NCBI GenBank assembly: GCA_002269645.1
Contig: NIVC01001556.1
Location: 186,001 to 250,000 of the forward strand
Reading direction: 5' to 3'
Length of the DNA: 64,000 nucleotides
Origin: Macrostomum lignano
Lineage: Eukaryota
Both the position numbers and the translations under genes were made by a program. The notes beneath the pieces were generated by a model. That model did no database searches, had not been told where the DNA came from, and was given only the letters and a program-made list of their open reading frames with translations. Shown one piece after another: positions 23,345-36,359 of the stretch; position 1 is the stretch's first letter; the number at the start of each line of letters is the position of its first letter.

Positions 23345-25230
23345 ATTGCCACTTTTCTAATTTAAGTGCTATTTTTATCCCAACAGTGCCATTTTAGCCT
23401 GAGAACTGCCATCTTAGCCAGATAAGTGCCATTTTAGCCAGAGAAGTGCCATTTTAGCCAGAGAAGTGCCATTTTATACTGAGAAGTGCCATTTTAGCCA
23501 GAGAAGTGCCATCTTAGCCAGAGAAGTGCCATTTTAGCCAGAGAAGTGCCATTTTATACTGAGAAGTGCCATCTTAGCCAGAGAAGTGCCATTTTAGCCA
23601 GAGAAGTGCCATTTTAGCCAGATAAGTGCCATTTTAGCCAGAAAAGTGCCATTTTATACTGAGAAGTGCCATTTTAGCCTGAGAAGTGCTATTTTAGCCA
23701 GAGAAATGCCATTTTAGCCAGAGAAGTGCCATTTTATACTGAGAAGTGCCATTTTAGCCAGAGAAGTGCCATTTTAGCCAGAGAAGTGCCATCTTAGCCA
23801 GAGAAGTGCCATCTTAGCCAGAGAAGTGCCATCTTAGCCAGATAAGTGCCATTTTAGCCAGAGAAGTGCCATTTTAGCCAGAGAAGTGCCATTTTATACT
23901 GAGAAGTGCCATTTTAGCCAGAGAAGTGCCATCTTAGCCAGAGAAGTGCCATTTTAGCCAGAGAAGTGCCATTTTAGCCAGAGAAGTGCCATCTTAGCAC
24001 GAGAAGTGCCATTTTAGCCAGAGAAGTGCCATTTTAGCCAGAGAAGTGCTATTTTAGCCAGAGAAGTGCCATCTTAGCACGAGAAGTGCCATTTTAGCCA
24101 GAGAAGTGCCATTTTAGCCAGAGAAGTGCCATTTTAGCCAGAGAAGTGCCATTTTATACTGAGAAGTGCCATCTTAGCCAGAGAAGTGCCATTTTAGCCA
24201 GAGAAGTGCCATTTTAGCCAGAGAAGTGCCATTTTAGCCAGAGAAGTGCCATTTTAGCCAGAGAAGTGCCATTTTAGCCAGAGAAGTGCCATTTTAGCCA
24301 GAGAAGTGCCATTTTAGCCAGAGAAGTGCCATTTTAGCCAGAGAAGTGCCATTTTAGCCAGAGAAGTGCCATTTTAGCCAGAGAAGTGCCATTTTAGCCA
24401 GAGAAGTGCCATTTTAGCCAGAGAAGTGCCATTTTAGCCAGAGAAGTGCCATTTTAGCCAGAGAAGTGCCATCTTAGCACGAGAAGTGCCATTTTAGCCA
24501 GAGAAGTGCCATTTTAGCCAGAGAAGTGCTATTTTAGCCAGAGAAGTGCCATTTTAGCCAGAGAAGTGCCATTTTAGCCAGAGAAGTGCTATTTTAGCCA
24601 GAGAAGTGCCATTTTAGCCAGAGAAGTGCCATTTTATACAGAGAAGTGCCATTTTAGCCAGAGAAGTGCCATTTTAGCCAGAGAAGTGCCATCTTAGCCA
24701 GAGAAGTGCCATTAGCCAGAGAAGTGCCATTTTAGCCAGAGAAGTGCCATTTTATACTGAGAAGTGCCATTTTATACTGAGAAGTGCCATTTTATACTGA
24801 GAAGTGCCATTTTATACTGAGAAGTGCCATTTTAGCCAGAGAACTGCCATTTTAGCCAGAGAAGTGCCATTTTATACTGAGAAGTGCCATTTTAGCCAGA
24901 GAAGTGCCATTTTAGCCAGAGAAGTGCCATTTTATACTGAGAAGTGCCATTTTAGCCAGAGAAGTGCCATTTTATACTGAGAAGTGCCATTTTAGCCAGA
25001 GAAGTGCCATTTTAGCCAGAGAACTGCCATTTTAGCCAGAGAAGTGCCATTTTATACTGAGAAGTGCCATTTTAGCCAGAGAAGTGCCATTTTAGCCAGA
25101 GAAGTGCCATTTTATACTGAGAAGTGCCATTTTAGCCAAAGAAGTGCCATTTTAGCCAGAGAAGTGCCATTTTAAACTGAGAAGTGCCATTTTAAACTGA
25201 GAAGTGCCATTTTTATGCCTAACCGTGCCA
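23345..25230. repeat. Minisatellite, 20-bp unit GAGAAGTGCCATTTTAGCCA (Gli intron 1)
   Basis: About 90 copies. Confidence 0.97.
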
Positions 25231-26431
25231 GTTTTAGTTTTAAAAATGTCATTGCTGAAAAAAATCTAGATTTGATTCAATATTACCCGATTTTAACTAC
25301 AGAAATGTCAGTGGATAACCCATGCTAGTTGCATTCAAGATTTTTCAAACAATAGCTCAGTTGATTAATCTATTGAGTTAACAGAGTTGAGCAGTGAAAC
25401 GAGCTGAGCTGAGTCATCAACTCAAACGGTCCCCTCCTGGCCAAAGCAACTGTGCTCATATTTATTCTCTGACTGAGTGTCATGATCTACGCAGAATGCA
25501 TAAATTATATCGTACATTTATACAATAAGAATGCAGCTCTGGAACTCTGTGACACCTCGAGTGGCTCTCAGCAGGGGTTTGAGGGCTTAAGAGCAGAGTC
25601 TTTCAACCCAGCCTAAGGTCGGCGCCCCCCCCCACCCGGAAAAAACTGCACTGCAATGCCAATCTTGCATTGTTCTGAATGCGACCGCCCCTCCCGCCTC
25701 GCTGCGTGCCACTTAATCGCAAAGCAAGGAAAAGAAAGAAAAGAAGAGATGTTTAAACCCATAAGCATCACCGCAATGGAGTCATGGAGGACTGCTCAGG
25801 TTGCTATTCGAGTGGGGGGGGAGGTGGCTGTCCCGAGTTCGTGCGTGCGGACTCAACGGGCGCCAACTCTAACAAAACAGTCTGGATTAGTTTCGAGTCC
25901 CTATAAACTTTACAACTGGAAAGAAAAACACTGGGGCCTGTCATGAGAAAAGCTGCTGGGGGGGGGGGAGGAGGCCCGAGGCACAAACTGTCTCTTTCTG
26001 ATGGAAAGATATGTATTTATTAAGGACCCCAAATGGCCGGGCATGAGCTGCTAAAAAACTAGCAGAAATGGCTGCGGATGGGGCAAGGGCCACCCAGACA
26101 GTCCAGAAGGAGAGTGCAAGAAACTGCTGTGCATTTTCTTGATATTGTTGAACAATGAGAAGATAAAGAATGGGCATTTCTTTTTTTGGTATTGTTCAGC
26201 ACTCGCCGCCATCCACAACCACCATAATCGACTGTAATTGCCAATTTCATTTGATGCGCTTACTCATTCACTAAACTCACACTGGTGAGAGGTGAGAATG
26301 AGAACGCATAATTGCGATGGGTTATTAACATCGCATAGTATAGATCATCGGATATATAGATTAGCTAGGGAATTTGGTTAAGATTGGGAATGTGATAACT
26401 AAATTTAGCAACATTTTTTCACTCTAGAAGT

Positions 26432-26935
26432 GGGCTTGTTTGAGCACCGGGTTATAGGAGGGGGGAATTGCGGCCTGTTTGAGCACCGGGTTATAGAGGG
26501 GGGAATTGCGGCCTGTTTGAGCACCGGGTTATAGAGGGGGGAATTGCGGCCTGTTTGAGCACCGGATTATAGAGGGGGGAATTGCGGCCTGTTTGAGCAC
26601 CGGGTTATAGGAGGGGGGAATTGCGGCCTGTTTGAGCACCGGGTTATAGAGGGGGGAATTGCGGCCTGTTTGAGCACCGGGTTATAGAGGGGGGAATTGC
26701 GGCCTGTTTGAGCACCGGATTATAGAGGGGGGAATTGCGGCCTGTTTGAGCACCGGGTTATAGGAGGGGATTGCGGCCTTTTTGAGCACCGAGTTATAGG
26801 GGAATTGCGGCCTGTTTGAGCACCGGATTATAGAGGGGGGAATTGCGGCCTGTTTGAGCACCGGATTATAGAGGGGGGAATTGCGGCCTGTTTGAGCACC
26901 GGGTTATGGGGGAATTGCGGTCTGTTTGAGGGCCG
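26432..26935. repeat. Minisatellite, 38-39-bp unit CGGCCTGTTTGAGCACCGGGTTATAGAGGGGGGAATTG (Gli intron 1)
   Basis: About 13 copies. Confidence 0.95.
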
Positions 26936-27039
26936 TGGAAGGTTCCTGCAGGACAGACTTCTCGGGAAAAAATTCATTGTGGCGGACGGACAACAAAGGG
27001 ACAACACGTCAAAACAATAAGAGCTTAGACGAAACTCAC

Positions 27040-27202
27040 CAAATTCGTTAAAATTTCTTTGCAAAGGCTGCTGTTGCTGCAGACTTTCTGGCCCAGGTCC
27101 TGAACAGCAGTACTGCTGTTGACTTCCGGTTGCTTCGTACGGTGGCTGCTGCTGCTGCGGCGGCGGCGGCGGCGGCCCCAGCCTAGGCGGGTAGCACTGC
27201 AT
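27040..27202 (-). CDS. gli: Gli/Ci zinc-finger transcription factor, exon 1 (MQCYPPRLG...RNFNEF)
   Basis: ATG at 27202 and donor GTGAGT after 27040. Phase 1 fits exon 2. Confidence 0.65.
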
Positions 27203-27570
27203 TCGATTTGGGATTTGGGAGGAAAGTTGGACAGCTCAATGAAAGAAAACTGTTGCTGTGCTTCGGGACCAGCTGCTTAAAAGGGTGGTGAACCCTGAGA
27301 AGCTCTTTCTTTTTTTACTTTCTCTCTCCGCCAGCCCGTCTGCTGTGCTGTCTTATTTTCTATTCTATTTAATTCTATTCATTTTTCAGTCGGTAGGGCC
27401 ATTTTTCGAACTCCATTTTGCTGCTGTTGCTGCTGGCCCCGCAACCCTCCGCTAGCTGGGACCCCCCCATCCAGCCATCCACCCTCCCCGTTGCATAGCC
27501 TCACTTACACTGACCCCTGCCCCAATAGACTGCTTTTGCATCAATTGCCAGATCTCTCAGCGTCTCTTTT

Positions 27571-27632
27571 CTCTCCCTCTGTCTCTCTGTCTCTCTCTGT
27601 CTCTCTCTGTCTCTCTCTGTCTCTCTCTCTCT
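27571..27632. repeat. (CT)n/CTCTGT microsatellite
   Basis: Direct inspection. Confidence 0.85.
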
Positions 27633-27989
27633 CACTATTTTGTTTGTTATATGCAAAATCTGCGCAGTCGGCCGCTAGCATCCATTGCCCAATGATCTGC
27701 TACAGGCTAAGCTTTAAGATTAACTGGTTATGAAGCACATATATATGTATGTTGATATGGCGAAATATATTGTGGGTTTGGTTATTATCCAAATCTTAGG
27801 TCAGATCAAACTCTATAAAATCTGTGAAGTCGGTCTGCATTTCTACGCTCGTATTTTAAGAAATTTTCCAACTTTGATTTGCTGGGGTTTGGGGGTGTGA
27901 AACTGCATACTGAAGTTCCCAGCTTGCTTTCCAGTATTTGCCAGCGGGCACTTTGATGTGCGCGGGAGCGAAATTTTATTGACGCTTCT

Positions 27990-28680
27990 TAGGGATCGGG
28001 ATTGGGATCGGGATTGGGATTGTTGGGATTGGAATTGTTGGGATTGGGATCGGGATTGAGATAGTTGAGATTGGGATTGTTGGGATTGGGATTGGGATCG
28101 AGATTGAAATCGGGATGGATCGGGATTGGGATTGTTGGGATTGGGATTGTTGAGGTTGAGGATCGGGATTGGGATCTGGATTGGAATCGGGATCGGGATT
28201 GGAATGGGGATCGGGATTAGGATCGGGATTGGGATTTTTATGATTGGGATTGGGATCGGGATCGGGATTGGGATCTGGATTGGAATCGGGATCGGGATCG
28301 GGATTGGGATTGGGATCGGGATTGGGATTGTTGGGATTGGAATTGTTGGGATTGGGATCGGGATTGAGATAGTTGAGATTGGGATTGTTGGGATTGGGAT
28401 TGGGATCGAGATTGAAATCGGGATGGATCGGGATTGGGATTGTTGGGATTGGGATTGTTGAGGTTGAGGATCGGGATTGGGATCTGGATTGGAATCGGGA
28501 TCGGGATTGGAATGGGGATCGGGATTAGGATCGGGATTGGGATTGTTATGATTGGGATTGGGATCGGGATCGGGATTGGGATCTGGATTGGAATCGGGAT
28601 CGGGATCGGGATTGGGATTGGGATCGGGATTAGGATCGGGATTGGGATCGGGATTTCGATTGGGATCCAAATTGGGATTT
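27990..28680. repeat. GGGAT(T/C) hexamer-based array with an internal 308-bp tandem duplication
   Basis: Sequence at 28021 recurs at 28329, and at 28126 recurs at 28434. Confidence 0.92.
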
Positions 28681-30051
28681 TGTTTTTTGAAATTTTGAAA
28701 TTCTCAAAAATCCAAATTTTCGAATCCCGCGATTAAGAAGGCTTCAGAGCCAGCCAATTGCTCAGGAAAATTGAATCTCAAACAAACAGTGCTTGAGAAG
28801 CAGGATTGCAGGTAACAGAAGAGCTCAAAGTGTTTGCTCAGCTGGTAGACGACTCTCTCCTCTTTCCATATCTCTTCCACTTTCTGCTCAAATTGAAAGC
28901 GTGTTTTATTAATGAAAAATTGCTCCGGGTCGAGATTAGTGAGCTGACCTTCTTCTCACTTGGATCGGTGGCGATAAAAATTGAGTCAAGAGGTGAAGGG
29001 CTGATGAACACGGAATTTCCCAGTCTCCGCTCAAGTTCTATAATCGACATCAAAGAGAGCCGCCGGAGCAGCGAAATTTCCAAACCTTCTCTCCTGCCGA
29101 AAGAAAGTGTTGCCAATCTTAATGAAAAGAAAATGTCCCGCAAGAGGCTGTTTCCGATTCAGCAACAATAAAAATGCATTTCCCAATGAGATAAACTTAG
29201 CGAGATAAGTAAGCATTATATCAAGTGCTTAGCCTGAGGCGACTGCGGGCAAAAGCAGGCAGATCAGCTGTTTATTCCAAAATCAATAAAACTAGTTTAG
29301 GGATCTGACCCGATCCTCTCTTACCTTAGACTGACTCCGCAAAGTGTGTTTGTAGTGACTGTAAATGGATTTAAGCTGGAAATGTATAAGAAAAAAGAAT
29401 TCTGTGTGCTTCCGTGAAAATTCAATCCCAGGCCAGGACCCCCTTCATCTAAAAGGGATTTGCGCCCCGATTCCTGACTGGCTGACTGACTGACTGACTG
29501 ATGGCTGTCTTAAATACGATTTCTGGGTGTATCAGCCACGAGAGGGGCCACAACTTCATTCCCCAGAATCCGCTGCCCTCTCAGTCTTCTTTTAATTGCC
29601 GCCCGCCCATGCAGCCCGGCTGCAGCCAGTCTTAAATCTGGGCCCCGCTACAGCTGACTCATCATTAAAGTATAAAATATGGTTCCTGCAGCAGCAGCAT
29701 CGGCTTCTGAATAGGTTCGATTAGAAAGAGAAGATCAAGAAGAGGTCACGTGTATTTTGGGATAAATCCACTTCGCTATTTGAATCCTTGAATTCTATTA
29801 ATTATATACGCTTCTTTAATCCCCATTGCCGAAGATAAACACCAGTGAATGGATCAGGCCCTGCTAAACTACTACCTTCAATTAAAGGGGCCTGAAGCAT
29901 TCTTTTTGGCTGCGTTTTTTGGAAATAGTTTGGAATTGGGAATTATTGTTTTCTTTTGGGCTGCCGCTGCTGCTGCATGTACGGGCAAAAGGTGGATAGG
30001 AATGACGAGTGGGATATGGCGAATGCTGGGTCTTGGCTAGCGAGATAGAAT

Positions 30052-30660
30052 GTGATCTTAGCTAGGGGGATGGGATCTTGGCTAGGGGTGGGATCTTAAC
30101 TAGGAGGGTGGGATCTTGGCTAGGGGAATGGGATCTTGGCTAGGGGGATGGGATCTTGGCTAGGGGGATGGGATCTTGGCTAGGGGGATGGGATCTTGGC
30201 TAGGGGGATGGGATCTTGGCTAGGGGGATGGGATCTTGGCTAGGGGGATGGGATCTTGGCTAGGGGGATGGGATCTTGGCTAGGGGGATGGGATCTTGGC
30301 TAGGGGGATGGGATCTTAACTAGGAGGGTGGGATCTTGGCTAGGGGGATGGGATCTTGGCTAGGGGGGTGGGATCTTGGCTAGGGGGATGGGATCTTGGC
30401 TAGGGGGATGGGATCTTGGCTAGGGGGATGGGATCTTAACTAGGAGGGTGGGATCTTGGCTAGGGGGATGGGATCTTGGCTAGGGGTGGGATCTTAATTA
30501 GGGGAGTGGGACCTTGGCTAGGGGGATGGGATCTTGACTAGGGGGATGGGATCTTGGCTAGGGAGTTGGGATCTTGGCTAGGGGGATGGGATCTTGACTA
30601 GGGGGATGGGATCTTGGCTAGGGAGTTGGGATCTTGGCTAGGGAGTTGGGATCTTAGCTA
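30052..30660. repeat. Minisatellite, 20-bp unit GGATCTTGGCTAGGGGGATG
   Basis: About 30 copies. Confidence 0.96.
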
Positions 30661-31531
30661 CACCGCAGATTCAAGCTATACCAAACCAAATATATTTAAA
30701 CTTATGAAAGAGTTTGGAAAGAAAGAATATAGAAAGACTTCTATAGCTTGAAAAAGTCAGTTAGAATTTTTCGAAATCTTAGAAACGGAGCTGTGTGAAC
30801 TTAATAATGGCTTTATAACGATGAAGTGACCCAGTTTCTAGCTGGCAATTGCGATTCTGTAGTGATTAAAACTTAGCAGTTAGCCGCCATATTTCTGTAA
30901 ATTAACTGTTTCACAAAACAACTGTCTTGGCTTGCGGAGATGCCGGCTAGCAGAAAGAAATTGCTTCTAAAAGGACTTTTTTTGTCCGAGCAGGGGTCAC
31001 GCTGAGGGAAGCATGTATAAGGATCGGTTTATTGAGCATTTGAGGATTTGTCAGGCAGGCCTGAGGGTCTGAGGGTTTTTTGCTATCGTTTCAGTTCGAA
31101 GACAAGTTTTGAAATGTTTTCTTTAACTCTTCTCTTTTCTCCATCATTCTTGGTCGCGCATGGATACTAGAAGGAGACGGTGCTGACCAAACAAAGCAAT
31201 TATGAGTTGTCGTAAGTGATATAGGCTCGTCTTCATTGTGTCTGTGTGGATCGATGAAAAAGCATCCCACTAGTTTAAGAATCTGGGTGATGTGATGAAG
31301 ATGGTTGACTAGATCTAGATGCGGGTTGGGGAAACTGGGGAACTCTTCATTGCGGACAGTTTCTGAAAAAAGTGCAACACGCTGGCCTGAGCTCTGATAT
31401 CTTTTTAGTTTGTGATCGAGCGAGTTTGCAACCATCTCCTTTGTCTGGGAATTCATTAAAGAAGCGGGCGCCCAGATTTCCAAGGTTACAATGGCTAGTT
31501 TGAGTTTAGAGAGAGACTTGCATTTAATCCC

Positions 31532-31674
<143 letters not shown>

Positions 31675-33034
31675 GCTAAAAGCGGAGCTCAAGCAAGGTG
31701 AGGGCACAGAATAGAGCTGTGTTGGGTCGGTGTGTAGTCAGGAGAGTTCAGGGGACACCCGTGTCTGTCTCTGCCAAATCTTGGGAACTTGGCCCCGCCT
31801 TTGTCCCGCTGCCCAAATTGAAATTGCCCCCTATCCCCCTCCATGCCATTTGTTTAAAACTAAGAGCTGCACAAAAAAGCAAAATTCAACTTTGGGCCTC
31901 GATAGTGTTGGAGTGAGGGGCCAAGCGCAGTCTGGCTGGGCCCTTTCGGAACCCCTGCTAGAGACAGGTGGGCGGCCAGTTGTTCTAAACTAGACTGAGG
32001 CCGGGCTTCGACTCCCCATCAAGATATGGGCTTGAAAATGAAGACTAGTAGCTAGTTAGAGGACCTTCGAAGGCATCGCGGGCTCGGTACAAAGAGAAAT
32101 TAAAGTACGCATATCAACCTATTACAGTTATAAAATACATTCCAAATATGGAAGTCAAAGATTTCTTCAATTTTTTCCTTTCCCATGGAGCCCAAGCAGA
32201 AGCAGACTGTGCATTATTTCTTATCTATGCAGTTTAACTGAAAGTTCAGAGAATTCTTTACAAGTCTAGCGTCAGAAAAAATGCATTAGATTACATAGGT
32301 ATAACAACAGCAAGATTTTCTAGGACAACAAATCAATAAGCAAATGATGGCTTTAAAACTTACCAAAAGAAAATTTGTATGGTATGCAGTCCTTTGTAAA
32401 CAACTTCGACTCGCTGATTTATCCAGTCAATTTCTGCTGATTAAACTGATTTCCGATACAAATTCTTGCACCATTTCCGGGGTGTTGTTCTCTTGTTATC
32501 ACGGAAAAAGCAAAGAAATTAGAAGCAAGGGTTGGCTGTTCAAACCAGAGCCATTGGGGGTTTGATAATTTCTAGTTGATTTTTTCCTCACGACAGCCTC
32601 CCACACCCCCCGGAGGAGAGGGGAGATCAATTTTAATTGGTCGCGAGTCATGAACTGGGGGATATTGGGGCACCAGACACAGTGCTGTGAAGGAGTGGAG
32701 AGAACTGCAGACAGCCAATCCTGTGCTGAGGTCGGAACTTGGCTCGTTTCCCTCTGAGAATTCCAGTTGCCCTGCATTGCGAGTAAAGTTTACGATTGAA
32801 GTGGGAACCCCTTTTTTAAACAGTCAGAACTGTTTCGCTGTAGTGTAGACTGACTGTCGACTGTTTTTCTTACAGAAACTATAACTATTCGCAAGATTAT
32901 TCTGAAGATTAGTTGCCAGGCTTTTATTATTCCTTCGAGAATATTAGATCGTTTTCGAAAAATCATGACACAGTGCGGGCACAGTGCTTTCCCGCTTAGT
33001 CCTGTTCATGTAGAAATCTTAATGAATTTAGTCT

Positions 33035-33732
33035 CAGAGCTGTAGTATCTGGTCTCTGAGTGTGAGAATCTGGTCTCTGAGTGTGAGAATCTGGTCCCTG
33101 AGTGTGAAAATCTGGTCCCTGAGTGTGAGAATCTGGTCTCTGAGTGTGAGAATCTGGTCCCTGAGCGTGAGAATCTGGTCCCTGAGTGTGAGAATCTGGT
33201 CTCTGAGTGTGAGAATCTGGTCTCTGAGTGTGAGAATCTGGTCTCTGAGTGTGAGAATCTGGTCTCTGAGTGTGAGAATCTGGTCCCTGAGTGTGAGAAT
33301 CTGGTCCCTGAGTGTGAGAATCTGGTCTCTGAGTGTGAGAATCTGGTCCCTGAGTGTGAGAATCTGGTCCCTGAGTGTGAGAATCTGGTCTCTGAGTGTG
33401 AGAATCTGGTCTCTGAGTGTGAGAATCTGGTCTCTGAGTGTGAGAATCTGGTCTCTGAGTGTGAGAATCTGGTCTCTGAGTGTGAGAATCTGGTCCCTGA
33501 GTGTGAGAATCTGGTCCCTGAGTGTGAGAATCTGGTCTCTGAGTGTGAGAATCTGGTCCCTGAGTGTGAGAATCTGGTCTCTGAGTGTGAGAATCTGGTC
33601 TCTGAGTGTGAGAATCTGGTCCCTGAGTGTGAGAATCTGGTCCCTGAGTGTGAGAATCTGGTCCCTGAGTGTGAGAATCTGGTCTCTGAGTGTGAGAATC
33701 TGGTCTCTGAGTGTGAGAATCTGGTCCCCGAG
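33035..33732. repeat. Minisatellite, 21-bp unit GAGTGTGAGAATCTGGTC(T/C)CT
   Basis: About 32 copies; gives the spurious (SVRIWSL)n ORF. Confidence 0.97.
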
Positions 33733-34469
33733 TGTCCCCCTGTGTTTGAGTGTGTTTTAATGTGGTCTCTGAATTTGAAAATCAGAAAATTCTCAGACTC
33801 AGGGACCTGATGCTCGCACTCAGGGACCTTATACTCAGAGTCATTGTCTCTGAATCGTATAATCTGAATCTGAACACTGAGTTTTAGAGTCTAAACTAAA
33901 TAATGCAACTAACTAGTTAAATAAATAAATTTGTCAACTAAATACTTCACAAAGTAGGGGCTTTCTACACCAAATGTTTCATATTATCATGATTAAAAAG
34001 CCACGGAGACTCTTAGAATAGCCTATCGCCATGAGCGCAATAATAAGAAGCCATGCACTTGAAAAATATACCACAATAAAGACACTCAAGGCCTATAATC
34101 CCAAGCATGTCCTATCCTTACACCTGCCGGTTACTAATATATATTTAGCCGATAATTTGATTGAGTGGATATAAAGCATCAGTTATGTCATGCGGCCTAT
34201 AATCCAAATCAAAATATTCGTTCGCAATGATAGCAGATAAATCCGGGACTGTATAAATAATGCGATAATTCTCTATTCTGTTCCAATCACTATATGCAGG
34301 TTAATCCGCTTTAACTAACTGACACACCTTGGCAACTGCGCTGCGTTATCATGGCAATTTGTAATTCCGCCTAATTTTTGAGGCAGAGGGCCTGTCGTGA
34401 GACACTGCAGACTCCAACTGTGGACTGATTGCGCCAAAATAGATCTTTCATGGTTTTAATGAGTGTCAT

Positions 34470-35820
34470 AGATGAGTTTCTGATGAGTTCTAGAAACTTT
34501 TAGATGAGTTTCTGATGAGTTCTAGAAACTTTTAGATGAGTTTCTGATGAGTTCTAAAAACTTTTAGATGAGTTTCTGATGAGTTCTAGAAACTTTTAGA
34601 TGAGTTTCGGATGAGTTCTAGAAACTTTTAGATGAGTTTCGGATGAGCTTCAGATGAGCTTCAGATGATTTTCGGATGAGCTTCAGATGAGTTTCGGATG
34701 AGCTTCAGATGAGTTTCGGATGAGCTTCAGATGAGTTTCGGATGAGCTTCAGATGAGTTTCGGGTGAGCTTCAGATGATTTTCGGATGAGTTTCGGGTGA
34801 GCTTCAGATGAGTTTCGGATGAGCTTCAGATGAGTTTGGGTGAGCTTCAGATGAGTTTCGGATGAGCTTCAGATGAGTTTGGGTGAGCTTCAGATGAGTT
34901 TCGGATGAGCTTCAGATGAGTTTGGGTGAGCTTCAGATGAGTTTCGGATGAGCTTCAGATGAGTTTGGGTGAGCTTCAGATGAGTTTCGGATGAGCTTCA
35001 GATGAGTTTGGGTGAGCTTCAGATGAGTTTCGGATGAGCTTCAGATGAGTTTCGGGTGAGCTTCAGATGAGTTTCGGATGAGCTTCAGATGAGTTTCGGG
35101 TGAGCTTCAGATGAGTTTGGGTGAGCTTCAGATGAGTTTCGGATGAGCTTCAGATGAGTTTCGGGTGAGCTTCAGATGATTTTCGGATGAGTTTCGGGTG
35201 AGCTTCAGATGAGTTTCGGATGAGCTTCAGATGAGTTTGGGTGAGCTTCAGATGAGTTTCGGATGAGCTTCAGATGAGTTTCGGATGAGCTTCAGATGAT
35301 TTTCGGATGAGTTTCGGGTGAGCTTCAGATGAGTTTCGGATGAGCTTCAGATGAGTTTGGGTGAGCTTCAGATGAGTTTCGGATGAGCTTCAGATGAGTT
35401 TGGGTGAGCTTCAGATGAGTTTCGGATGAGCTTCAGATGAGTTTGGGTGAGCTTCAGATGAGTTTCGGATGAGCTTCAGATGAGTTTGGGTGAGCTTCAG
35501 ATGAGTTTCGGATGAGCTTCAGATGAGTTTGGGTGAGCTTCAGATGAGTTTCGGATGAGCTTCAGATGAGTTTGGGTGAGCTTCAGATGAGTTTCGGATG
35601 AGCTTCAGATGAGTTTGGGTGAGCTTCAGATGAGTTTCGGATGAGCTTCAGATTAGTTTCGGATGAGCTTCAGATGAGTTTCGGATGAGTTTCAGTTGAG
35701 TTTCGGATGAGCTTCAGATGAGTTTCAGAGGATTTTCGGGTGAGCTTGGGGTGGACTTTCAGTTGAGTTTCGGATGAGTTTCGGATGAGTTTCGGAAGAG
35801 TTTCGGGTGAACTTCAGATG
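34470..35820. repeat. Compound minisatellite: 32-bp TAGATGAGTTTCTGATGAGTTCTAGAAACTTT, then GATGAGCTTCA/GATGAGTTTCG subunits
   Basis: About 5 copies of the 32-mer grading into 10-11-bp subunit arrays. Confidence 0.95.
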
Positions 35821-36359
35821 GAATTTCAAAGTGTTTTGCACATTGTTGATGAAAATGTTTATCTTACGAGCTATAATTAAAATCATCCATAAACTTTAAA
35901 ACGAACAGATGTCTTAACAAGTATTTAACAGTTTTTGCTTTCCTTGAAATCTTTAACATTCTGTGTATTTACATGGCTTTTAGTTATTTCTACAATTTTC
36001 ACTTGAAAAACTGTCAGGAGCGGAGCTGCAGGGCACACGACACAGATTTGCGCAGTTCAAAGCTGCGGTGCGATATCAGATCTGGCTAAATTTAATAATT
36101 TGTCAAGTCTTTAAAAAGCACATTTTCTGTATCAGCAGAAGAGGCATTCGCTATTCTGTACTGCGCAACACTGCTAACAGCAAATAATCTGATTAAAATG
36201 CTTCAAGTCAATACGTAGAGGAGAAACCTTACCCACGGACAGAGTTACAGCTGCGACAACCAATAATTAATGACAATTATGCCCTAATTGCTGGCGCACG
36301 AACTGCATCCATGCGAAACCGCAACAGTTTACGCGCGAACTTCTTTGACTATGCAACAC

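Noticed and set aside
26088-26096. GLI-binding-like site (GGCCACCCA) in Gli intron 1, and TGACGTCA CRE palindromes at 11488 and 37858
   Set aside because: Single short motifs are expected by chance in 64 kb; there is no clustering or conservation evidence.
27990-28680. Interstitial telomeric repeat
   Set aside because: GGGATT is the mirror of TTAGGG, not a permutation or reverse complement of it.
31091-31483. 130-aa minus-strand ORF, and other unique-sequence ORFs at 3888-4279, 25656-26250, 32499-32777 and 60562-60870
   Set aside because: No recognisable motif, no convincing splice or phase context, and mostly non-ATG starts.
34480-34625. CTGATGA...GAAAC in the 32-bp repeat as a tandem minimal hammerhead
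   Set aside because: No stem II can form between CUGAUGA and GAAA, and no suitable NUH cleavage helix is present.
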